64,000 bases of DNA from Vermamoeba vermiformis (taxonomy: Eukaryota). Location: NCBI GenBank assembly GCA_045837725.1, contig JBEWZL010000294.1, positions 186,001 to 250,000 on the forward strand, in the 5' to 3' direction. The notes beneath the pieces were generated by a model that was given only the letters and a program-made list of their open reading frames with translations, ran no database searches and was not told where the DNA came from. Position numbers and translations under genes: made by a program. Positions within the stretch are counted from its first letter, which is position 1; the number at the start of each line of letters is the position of its first letter. Below, piece by piece: positions 10,829 to 21,974 of this stretch.

Positions 10829-13800
10829 ATGTCCTCTCATAATCAGGTACGCAATTTCTTCGTATTGCAATTAAATATAAGTAGCATAATATATAAAAAT
10901 ATATTTGGTAATTACTACCTATTACAATATTTGAAATTGAAAATTTTTTAAATACTTATTAATAATAATTAAATAATTCAGATCCTGATTGAATGGCTGA
11001 ACTGGGCCCTCACCAAGCCACTAATACTGCCTCGTGGCTACGAGCCCTCCACTGACATAGCTCGCGTTCAAAATCTCGATGAAGATCTGCGCGATGGTGG
11101 CACGGTGCTCGAAGTGATCATGCGGCTCGAACAAGCACGGCGCGGCATTCACAGCGCGCAACAGCACGGCGAGGCACTCAGCAGCGAGGCCCTCGGTGTG
11201 ATTGAGTACAAGAAGCGGCCCAAGAGCGAGAAGTTCAAGCTGCACAACTGGGAACAGATCCAGCACGTGCTCGACACCGCACTGCAGTCACGTGATCTGG
11301 TGGCAGGCGTGCCAGGTGCCACCACTGCCCTGGTAGAACAGCTCGTGCAGCGCTACACCATTGGTGACAGCAATCACCTGCGCGAGTCGCTGCTTGACAC
11401 GTTGACACCGCACCGCGCACTCGATGCGGCTATTAATAGCGCTGTGGAGACACTGGCTGTTGAGTGGCAACTCTCGTGCGTACCTCACTCTGACACGTGT
11501 CATCTAGTCTTCGCACTAACAATCTCATTTGCAGTGCATTTGCAGATCCACTCGTGTGGCTCGCAGTGCTCCATCACCGCGCACGTGATGTGGTGGTCGA
11601 TGTGACACCATTCAGTGCTGTAAGTGTCACGTGATCGGGAATTCAGTGAAACTCATTTGTGAACAGATGACGGGCGCGCAGGAGAGGGCTCGTCACGTGA
11701 TTGAGACTTTGCAGAAATTCAAGAGCATTCCTTCTTTGGTGCACAGCGAACAACAGTTGCTAAATTTGGAACAAGAATTGACGCTGATTGACATTCAGCT
11801 AATCTTTGCGTTAATTTTACAAGCAACTGAACAATCTGCTGCACCGACCTCCGAGAGCGAAGAATTGACGAAACAAGTGCAAAGTCAGCAAGAAGAATTG
11901 CAAAGATTAAACGACACCCTCGTGGCACTCGATCAAGAGAAGCACGAGACAAGTCAGCAATTGACAGGTGTCAACGGACAGTTGTTGAGTCAAGCACCGA
12001 GCGAGTCGACCGATGACGCACAACTGCAAAGATTGAGGGCTGAACACGCACGTCTGCAAAGTGACCTCACTGCACGACGCGAGCACGTGACGCAGCGACA
12101 ACAAGAGTTGCAACAGCTGCGCGAACAATTGTCACGTGATCAATCGGCCCTGGCAGAGCGACAGCGAGCAGCGGAAGAATTGTTGGCACAAAAACAAGCA
12201 CGTGACGCAGAGTCCAAGCAGCTCGATGGGGAGATTGCAGCTCTGACCGAGCAACTGCAGCGCGATCAGTCCGAGGAGCACGTGATCAACGAACAGATGC
12301 AACGATTGCGCGAAGAGTTGCAAGGACTCGACGAGCAGTCGCGTGATGCAGAAAAACGCCGCGAGGAGATTCAGCGCGAGATTGAGGGAGAAAAATCCCG
12401 AGCGGAAGAACTCAAGCAGATTCATGAACAGCGCGCACGTGCTCAAGAGTCTGTGACACATCTCCGCGCAGAACAGCAACAACTAGATGAGCGCGTGCAG
12501 CAACAGCGTGACATGTTGACAGGTGTCAAACAGCAGCTCGGAACACTCGAAGAAGAATTGACGCGAGCACGTGATGCGGTGTCCAGCACGGAGCAGGGTG
12601 ATGTGAGTGCCCTGGAAGAGCAGAAAAAGACCCTGGCGGAACAACTCGAACAGCGCCGTGCTGAAGAGCGAGCCCTGGTCGAAGAACTGCAAACACTCAA
12701 GTCACGTGTCGAACAGCTGAGCAGCGAACGAGACCAATTGCGCAGTGAGCAAGAACGAGCCCTGGGAGATCGACAGCGAGCAGCGGAACAACTGTCACGC
12801 GATGTGGAGGCATTATCCACGGAGCTTACCACTGCCACGGAACACGTGACACGAGCACGTGATCAAGAACAGCAGTTAACAGGTGAACTGCAACGATTAA
12901 ATGAAGAGGTGACAGGTGTCAAAGAGCGAACTGCGCGCGAAGAGCAAGAGTTGACAGTGCGCGAGAGTGAGCTGCAAACACGACAGCAAGAACTGCAAAC
13001 AGCCCTGGTAGAGCAGCGCGAGAAGAGTGCGCAATTGACACGTGACATTGAAGCTCGTCAACAGGAGCTGACAGCGGCTAAAAATAGCTCTAGCCAACTC
13101 ACCGACCAACAGACCCAGGTGCGCGAACTGCAGTCACGTGTTAGCGAATTGGAGCAAAGCTTGAGTGCCACCACGCAAGAACTGGAGAGCGAGACGAACA
13201 CGTGTCAAACATTGCAGCAAAGATTGGCGCAGTTGACCGAAGAACTGCGCGCTGGCCCCGGTGAAGATCTGCAAAGATCAATCGAACAGCAGCAAAAAGA
13301 ACAGCAAAGATTGAGTGAGCTCAAAGCACAACTGCTGTCGCAGGTGGAGCAGAAGCGACAGCAGCTGCACGATACCAAATTAGGCAATCACCAACTGAGT
13401 CAACAGATCGAAACACTGCTCGATCAGGTGGCACAGGTCAAGCTGAGTGCGCAACAGCTGCAAGATGATTTGCAGCAGGAACAACTGCAAACGAACAAAC
13501 TCCGCGAGCACGTGGAGCAGCTGCGCGGTCAAGTGACAGATTTGGAAAGTGAACTCACGCAGCGCAGTGATCTGAGTGCCAGTGCCACGCCCGAACAAGT
13601 GCAAAGACTCGAACTCGATCTGCAACAGTTGACAGGTGTCAAACGCAGTGCTGAACAGTCACTGCTCAATGAACGCGCCGTGCAGCAACAACTCGACCGC
13701 GAACTCAAATCTGCAAAGCAACAGCTGATTGACCTGCAAAAGCAAGTGGAGGATAAAAATAGCCTTAAAAATGCGCGCAAAGAATTGAACCGCGTGAAAA

Positions 13801-14612
13801 AAGAATTCGAGGGCAAAATGAAGACAGAACAAGCCCTGATCGATGGTTTGCAGCGTGATTTGCAGCGCGAAGTCAGTGCCACTCAGCGCACACGTCGCGC
13901 CAATGAAGAACTGCAAAAACAGATCAATCATCTGCAAGAAGAATTACGCGTACGTGCGGAAAAAATATCCAATTTGAACGCAGCACGTGACAGCACAGCA
14001 CAAGAGTCACGTGCTTGGGTGAGTCGTGCGGATGAAATTGCACAACTGCAACAACAAGTGACCGAACAGACCCAGTCACGTGTTGAAGAAGAAACACGTG
14101 GTGTGACCTTGACACATGAAGCGGAGAATCTGCGCGAACAACTCGAAGTGACACGTGTCAACACACCTGTCAAGAAGACACCTAAGAAAGTTGTCAAACA
14201 GACACCTGTCAAACAAACACCTTTGAAACAGGAAGTTAACATCCACACTGAAGTGACACCTGTCAAACAGGCACCTGTCCAATCGAATTCGGTGAAACAA
14301 GATGTCAAGACACCTGTCAAACACACACCCGTCAAAGAGGTGTCAAACACTGAACTTGTGACACCTGTCAAACCTCGTAGTGCACCAGTGCAAACACCGC
14401 TCAAACCTGTGGTGCCACCATCAACTGCCAAAAAGAGAAAATCCAAGGCAATCACCAGTTCCGAACCCGTTCACGAACCAACGATAGATCACGTGACAGC
14501 GAATCAGCGCGCAGGCACGGACTGGGCCCTGGTGACAGTCGGTGTCATGTCCGCACTCGCACTAGTGCTCATGCTCGTCAACTGGCAGCAGAATATGACT
14601 GCGCACGAGTGA
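10829..14612 (+). CDS. Calponin-homology-like domain + long coiled coil + TPxK repeats + C-terminal TM helix
   Basis: ILIEWLNWAL...VQNLDEDLRDGGTVLEVIMRL...KFKLHNWEQI resembles a CH domain. About 800 aa of Q/E/L-rich heptads follow, then repeated TPVK/TPLK, then WALVTVGVMSALALVLMLV and a 10-aa tail. Confidence 0.8.
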
Positions 14613-14683
14613 CATGCAGCACGTGTTTTCAGTGAATAAAACTTGCGATTTTATGTGTAGAGCGATCTGTATCACACGAGTTC

Positions 14684-16464
14684 CTAGTCCAGTGCCGCGA
14701 CAGCTTTGTACATGGCTGCAGTGAGTGCTGCACGCCGCGGATCATCGAAGTGCACGCCCATCGAATTCATCACGTATGACATGGCTATCTGATGTGTCGC
14801 ATCGCCCCAACCGAAGCTGCCACCAGAACCACTGTGGTAGAACGCGGTGGGATATTTCGGGGTTTTGATGAACCCGGCCCGCGAGTAATTGCGATGGACG
14901 TGTATCACTTCATCACGACCTTCCACTGCCACCTGGGTAGCGTGTTCAATCACCTGCGGGTCTTTGATGAGCACGTGATCATCGACTCGTCCCCCGCAGG
15001 CAAGATAGTTGTACAGCTTGGCAATCTCGCGCGCATTGGATACACCGACCGTGGAGGGCATCTCCAAGTGCAGAAAGGCCTTGTCATCCCACTTGAAGCC
15101 CAAGTTGTTCCATATCTTGAATGTGAGTGAGGTCGGATTCATCATCTGTTTGAAGAATTCTCCTCCCTCGAACGACAGATCTGACAGCAGTGCACCGATC
15201 TTGGAGGGATCAAAAGAGATTAATTGAGCCAATCTGCCGTGTACAATACGATCAGTCAAATTATAACAGGGCTGAATTAATAAATGATGGACACCCATCA
15301 ACATCACGTACTGTGTTCTGTCAACGGAGTCCTCGAGGCGCATGTGAAAGCCAATGCCGAGTGGTGCAGCGATCTCTTCGCGCCAGTAGTCGCTGATCGT
15401 GCGGTGTTGCGGATCAATGCGACGGACCAGTTGTGAAAGATAGAAGCCTACCAATATTGGGGAGTAGCCGTGCTTGCCCTCTGACAGCTGCCACAATGGT
15501 TGCTGTGCCGCCAGAGCTCGTGCCAGAGTGCTGTCTAACGTGACACGTGCCTGCAAATGTGAGCTAAAACGGTGACATGGTGCGCCGTACCTCTTCAATC
15601 ATGGCAACAGTGATAGGCGTGTCTAAATAGGACAGACCTGCTCGATGTGACAGCAGATCTGTGATGCGAATTGAATTCTTGCCAGCAGCACTGAACTCGG
15701 GCCAATAGTCCACCACTCGGTCCTCTAGTGTACACAGGCCCCGATCGATCAAGTGCAGCATGCAAGTGATTGCCTGTAAGATGAGCGATAAATAAGAAAC
15801 AGGTCTTGCTAAAATACTAATAAAGCAATTTTAGATAAAAAGAGAAAGATCTTTTTGCAGATCACCTTTTTGCCTGAATCGTGCTCGTCTGAAGTCGGAT
15901 CGTTGCTAGCTGACAAGAAGCAGAAACTTGTCAACAACAGCAGAATCACAAACCATTTTGTGTACCCTGCTGGCAAGTTTCGGAGCAACCGCGACTTCAG
16001 ATCTGCACGTTTCAGCCAAAAGGAGGTTTTGATATTTTACGTCATTCTTTAAAGCCTCTTGTTATCTAAAACGATTATTTTATGCGACCGTACCATGCCC
16101 TTAGTGGTCGAATAGGTGTTGATCATAGTGTCTTCTTGCCATAACACCTTCTCTGCTGGCTTCGCATAGCCTCCCCACAGATCTACTACTTTTCGACCCT
16201 TGTCTGTTACAAAATCGTTAAGTGGCTAATAGTAAATATTGATAAACACTAATACATACGATACCCAACAAAGCAAGCACCCACTTCATTGCGCGCCTTG
16301 AAGTTTTGAATGAAAGCCTCTAATACTGACTCGAAGCCCTTCGTTACACTGCCGTGCACGTTGAATTCAGCGGAGAGAAGGTTGGTACTCATGGCTCGGT
16401 GTTGCCGTGAATGCTTGCGGACCTGCTGTAATGCTTGGAGGGAACGTGTTACGCACCGTAGCAT
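14684..16464 (-). CDS. Beta-lactamase class C / EstA-family serine hydrolase with putative mitochondrial presequence
   Basis: VVDLWGG, SxxK motif YSTTKG, VVDYWPEF, LLSHRAGL, HGYS and FYHSGSGGSFGWGD. The N-terminus MLRCVTRSLQALQQVRKHSRQHRAMS is basic and lacks acidic residues. Confidence 0.88.
15865..16023. other. Intronic structured element (long imperfect stem plus two internal hairpins)
   Basis: Arms 15865-15907 and 15984-16023 are reverse-complementary. Inner hairpins pair 15909-15917 with 15927-15935 and 15938-15952 with 15957-15972. Confidence 0.7.
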
Positions 16465-16902
16465 GTCCTGATAGGAACAAATAAATGATACTAAAGATAC
16501 GCACCGTGGACAATTTTTGTACTAAAATTTGACAGTCAAATTTGACAATAATACCTATTTTTGGAAACACTCACGCTACCGTTACACGTGTACAACAAAA
16601 ATGGTACGGAACGTAGGTTGAAGGTAGTTCGTTTATAGTGGACGGTATTCCATCGTGTTATGGGTGACTAATATATAAGCGTTTTAGCGCAATTGTTCCT
16701 TTTTCTGCCGATCTCTGACAGGATCTACTAGTGGTCATATGATGCAATCGATCTGCTAGATTTGTATAATATACTCTATATTGGTCAAAAATGACTTTTT
16801 GTATTTGGAATTCTATTTATTGACCAATCTTTGGCACGTGACTTGCACGAATGAAAATTTCTGTGAAGTCACTGCCATCACAACTTACCTATTGCCAACA
16901 AG

Positions 16903-17208
16903 ATGACAGACCTCAATAAGCTGCTGAATAATATCGATCAATTGCTCGATGATTCTACTCTGTCAAAAGTAGATACCACCTTGGACAATCGTACGATGAC
17001 AGAGGGGGTGAATACAGACGAAATAGATGTCAACAAAGAGCACCAACAATCATCTTCAAATATGAACCAATGTACTCAGGAATTGCAGGCCTTGGACCGG
17101 TGCGTGGAAGAAGCGAGAGAACGCGGAGTACGAGATATTACTGAATTAGAAAAATCATGTGCGGATAAAATGGACACGTTCTGGAGCTGCATCAACCCGT
17201 CTAAATAA
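16903..17208 (+). CDS. Hypothetical 101-aa protein
   Basis: Single ATG-initiated ORF between two genes, followed by an AATAAA-like signal. No family recognised. Confidence 0.5.
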   Translation: MTDLNKLLNNIDQLLDDSTLSKVDTTLDNRTMTEGVNTDEIDVNKEHQQSSSNMNQCTQELQALDRCVEEARERGVRDITELEKSCADKMDTFWSCINPSK

Positions 17209-17260
17209 TAAATGTAAATAATTTTTGAATTTTTTTAGAATTTTTATTTTGACACTGATT

Positions 17261-18175
17261 CTACGCTAATTGTTGCAACAATCGCTTTTCAGTATTTTGA
17301 ACGGCCCATTGATGTTGCACGAGTTCCAAGTTCTCTTTTTCAGCCTTAAAGAACTTCCAGCTTTCAGTCTGCATCTGCATTCCCGCGGTGGGATCCATCT
17401 GTTGCTGCATCATCTTGGTGTCGTCAGCGGCATTGTTCTGGCCGAGGACGAGGTTGTTGACACCACGGAGACCAAACAGCGTGAGCAGGTACCACGAGAG
17501 CGACGAGACATAGGTCGGATCCAACGACGTCAAATCGATGCCGCGCTGCAACATGTCTTTGAAGCCATTGGTGAGTGGAAAGGGCAGCTTGACGGCGACA
17601 AAGCCCGAGAAGAAGCTGTCGACCCACGAGTAGAGCAAGAGATTAGAGACCACCATCGTAGCATTGCGCTTCATCATGTTGGACATGTTGGACGGATCCA
17701 TCATTGGATTCATCATCGGATTCATCATTGGATTGGCTCCTTGTTCTGCTGGCTGACGGGACTTGGTAGTTAATAGTCCCTCTTCACCATTGAAGAACTG
17801 TTTGCGCTTGTTGAATGCTTGCGGGGACAATCTGTGTCCATTGGCGCGCAGTCGTCGTGCTCGCAACAGAATTTGACTGCAATTTAATAGTAATTATTTA
17901 AAATACACTCGTTGATATTGGTGTGACGTTGCAGTAGAATGGAGTGAATAATAATGACGGAGTATTTTTAGATAATTATTTCTTAATTTCTCGCGTTAAT
18001 TCCGCGCCAGCAGCAGTACTTACCCTTCACGAATTTTGTTCAGATCTGCCTTCTTGTCGTTGCTGATAGTACTCGACATGTAGTGGCGGAATAAGGATAT
18101 GAAAAACATTATCACTACAATCGGTATGAGTACCGAATTTCTGATTTGAGGATCAAGCACCAAATCCACAGGCAT
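17261..18175 (-). CDS. EMC3: ER membrane protein complex subunit 3
   Basis: MPVDLVLDPQIRNSVLIPIVVIM...|QILLRARRLRANG...FSGFVAVKLPFPLT..FKDMLQRGIDL..LDPTYVSSLSWY; one intron. Confidence 0.95.
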
Positions 18176-18543
18176 GTTAAATAACAATATTTACAACTCT
18201 ACACGTGTGCTTGACTGGCTGATCTGTTTTACAAAATTGATTTTTGTCTGTTTGAGCTCTTGCACCAACAGAAACAGCACTTATAAGCACCAAAGTCTTA
18301 TCTTAAGGACAAGCGAGTACATCTAAGTGGGCTTACATATTAAACTACCAGTAAGTTCTTTCGTTTGTAATAAATTAAACTTTGTCAAAACGTTGAAAAT
18401 TTATTTAAATGCATATCGCTGTGATACTTGATTCGTATATACTGATTGGCTGCAAAAATTAGCATTAGAAATTAGGACTAGAAATTATTTTTCCTACTAC
18501 GTCAGATCTCTTTACTGTGTTTGAACTAACCTCCTTTTAAGAA

Positions 18544-20373
18544 ATGCGACTCGGACGCAGATTATTAGGTCTCACTGCAGTAGTGTTGGGACTATATTTC
18601 ATTCTATTCAGTACCATATTCTCTTCACTGCCGCAAGAAGACACGCCAGATCCGCTCTTGACGGAGCTGCAGCGTCACAACAAGATTGAAGAACAGCGCA
18701 ATTATGAGCAGGAATTATTTGCACCAAAAGGTGTCAAGCAATCCAAAGTACCCAAGCCCGCGTCAAAGCCAACAACGACGCAGACCGAAGACGAGACCGA
18801 GCGACACGAGACCGTGAGCGAGTTCAAAGGCTGGAGACCGCAGCGCCGACTCAACAGCAACAATCAGCCCTGCAACGACCCTGCACGCGACTACAAGGTG
18901 TGGCCAATACGCGTGGAGGGCTGGTTCAGTGGTCCACACGAGCCCTGCGATGTGCCGTGTGTGGGTGGCGCAGGAGGGCCCATTGGCACGCCTAAAGGTG
19001 ACTTCTCGCTCGGCACTCGCTACGCAGATGTGAGCTCGGGACAAGGCAGTGTGTGCACACCGCAGTTCATGTACACGATGGAGAATGTCGGCACGCACAT
19101 TGAGCACGACTATCACGCGCGATACGAAGACCGTTCGAAGGTCCTCAAGTTGAGTGGCACTACCAGCTATGAGACGTAAGTCGAGTCTTAGTATCCCCTC
19201 ACATTGCTCACCGCATTCAGTGACTTCCCTTTGCCGTACTTCTCGTGGGCAGAGTACCCCATCATGTATCCATATAACAAGGCCAAGACTGCCACTGCTC
19301 TTGTCGCGGCATTCATTTCCAACTGTGGCCCACAGAAGAGATTGCAGTGGATGAAAGAGCTGCAAGCCAATGGTGTCAGTGTGCACTCCTACGGCCGATG
19401 CGACAACAACATTCAAGTAGCGCGCGAGAAGAACTGGTTGGTGCAAAAGAACGAGCTGACCAAGACGTACAAGTTCACCTTTGCATTTGAGAACTCTGAG
19501 ACTGACGACTATGTTACTGAAAAGCTCTTCGGTCCATTTGTTGCAGGGTAGGTGACTCATCACTGCATATATATAGGTCCAGCAATTAACAGCATTGCGT
19601 GCAGTTCGGTGCCGCTGTACGATGGTGCGCGCAATGCTCACGAATACGTGCCCTCGAAGAAATCTGCCATCTACGCATTCGATTTCCCTTCCGCTAAAGA
19701 GCTGGCTGCGTACTTGTTGTATTTAGACAAGAATGATACGGCTTATCAAGAGTACTTAACGTGGAAGGGTAAGTTCGTCAGTACATCTGCGTGACTTTGT
19801 GACTAATTGTGAATGCTTTAGAGGATGGCTTGTCCGCCGACTTTATCGCGCACTCTGATATTGCTCGAGTGCACTCAAAGTGTCGATTGTGCATTCGCAC
19901 TGCTGACTTGCAGCGTCTGGATGTGGGCAAACAGTTCACTGGCAATCCCTGGCAAGAAGAGAATGATCAAGCCGCTAAGAACAGAAGCCCCGGATCTAGA
20001 CGTAAGTGTTGTTAATTAGAGCACTGGTTGGTACTAACAGCGACTAGTGCTCCGAATTCGCGAGAGGGGAAAGTTCTGGCTACGAGAGATCTACGTGAAC
20101 ACTTTGACCTACAACGAACTCAACGAGAGAATTATAGAAAAGTATCAAGATCACCCGCATTTGTTGCCCATGCACTCTTTCTACAACTTGTGGGACCCAA
20201 AGCGAAAACCTATCACAACGGATGCGCAGGTTCAAAAGCTGTTTGAAGATGCTTACCCTGAAATCGAAATAATTTTCACTGAGCCTGCATCTACGGATCG
20301 CTATTCTTATTCGGAGTGGTATTACAAAAAGAACGGCTTGCCGATCCCGCCGATCCCACCACCAATCATGTAA
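18544..20373 (+). CDS. Alpha-1,3-fucosyltransferase (GT10), type II membrane protein, plant core-FucT-like
   Basis: N-terminal TM helix; FISNC, YGRC and YKFTFAFENSETDDYVTEKLF GT10 motifs; HSKCRLCI and RERGKF C-terminal features recall plant core alpha-1,3-FucT. Confidence 0.9.
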
Positions 20374-20599
20374 ACTGCACCAAATCGTCCGAATTGTATA
20401 TAAAGTACTTACTAACCGTTGTAAACTGATATTTTTTGCCTCTATTCTCGAGAACAAAATGTGGACGAAGAAATTTCATTAGCTGTTCTGCTATTGGTTG
20501 ATTATTTTATCAATTTTAACAAACGACTTTTTTTGGTTTTTGTTATCTTGGACTGTTTCGTGCTCTTTTTTTGTTAGCCAATACACGTCTTCTCCAACA

Positions 20600-21672
20600 A
20601 TGCAAAAGGCCGCTGATACCAAGTATGTGATAATCTGTTACGGTTTAAATACGCGTTAGATAAAAAACACCGCATCCAGATTCGTCGATCGAGATTAATA
20701 ACAATATTTTCAGGGTTGCTGTCCCCGAGACCCTCCTCAAGAACAAAAAGACCGTCGAAAGACGCGCTGCTGAAAAGAAGGAGAGAGTTAAGCAACTCCG
20801 CAAGGTAATTATAACATACAATAATAATTATTAATTATTAAATTATTGGGTTGTGTATTTTGTTTGCTTCTCGTTTATACACTGACTACAGGGCAACAAT
20901 ATTAATATTCATTATTACGCGTAGAAAAACAAAACAAACAGAAAGGTCATCCTCAAGCGAGCTGAGCGTTACGTCAAGGAATACAGAGCGTTGGAGAGAT
21001 CCGAAATCAGACTCCGCCGCTTGGCTAAGCAAGGTGGCAACTTCTACAAAGCTGCTGAGCCTAAGGTTGCTTTTGTTGTCCGCATCAGAGGGTAAGATCG
21101 CAGATCGAATCAACAATAATTAATTTTTTAGTTTGATGGATATAACCAAACATGATATAACTGTTATTCACCGGTTATTATTCTATGCCGTTATTAATTT
21201 ATTGTTCGAATCCAGTATCAACCAAGTCAGCCCCAAGGTCAAGAAGATCCTCCAATTGTTGCGTCTCCGTCAAATCTTCAACGGTGTCTTCGTCAAGTTG
21301 AACCGCGCCACCCTCCAAATGTTGAAGCTTGTCGAGCCCTACATCACTTACGGTGCTCCCAACCTTAAGTCTGTTCGCGAATTGGTTTACAAGCGCGGCT
21401 TTGCTAAGGTCAACGGCCAACGCTTGCCCATCACTGACAACCGCATCATTGAGGAGAACTTGGGCAAACACGGTATTCTCTGCGTTGAAGATATCATCCA
21501 CGAGCTCGTCACTGTTGGTCCTAAATTCAAGGTCGTCAACAAGTTCTTGTGGCCCTTCAAGTTGAACAGCCCTCTCGGTGGCTTCAACAAGAAGTTGACT
21601 CACGTTGTTGAAGGTGGTGATGCTGGCAACAGAGAAGACGGAATTAACGAATTGATCTCCAGAATGAACTAA
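20600..21672 (+). CDS. RPL7: 60S ribosomal protein L7 (uL30), 4 exons
   Basis: VPETLLK...[10 protein letters not shown]...[37 protein letters not shown]...LWPFKL...[15 protein letters not shown]; strongly biased codon usage. Confidence 0.97.
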
Positions 21673-21974
21673 AATACTCATTTTTAAATAATAAAAAAGC
21701 AGCCTAAAAAATAACTTTCTTGTCTGTACTGTTACTGATTGAAACTACATAAGTACTGTACTATTAGGTATGTAAAATTCTACGTGGTTTCGTCGGCGAC
21801 GGTCGTTGCACCAAACCGTTCTTTTTGATTGTGACCGCCAAAAATTCAAATTTGTTGGTAGTTGTTTATTATTCATCAACAAGAAGCTGAACACAGCCAT
21901 AAGGCAACTTACACCTGTTAGTCGAGCTTCTTGTTATATATAGTAAATTACTAGCTAGCGAATTTGGTAACAGG

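Noticed and set aside
21204-21213. GTTCGAATCC as a tRNA T-loop or Pol III B-box
   Set aside because: It lies at an intron acceptor in AT-rich sequence and has no cloverleaf around it.
20623-21215. snoRNAs in RPL7 introns
   Set aside because: No convincing C/D box pair or H/ACA double hairpin was seen.
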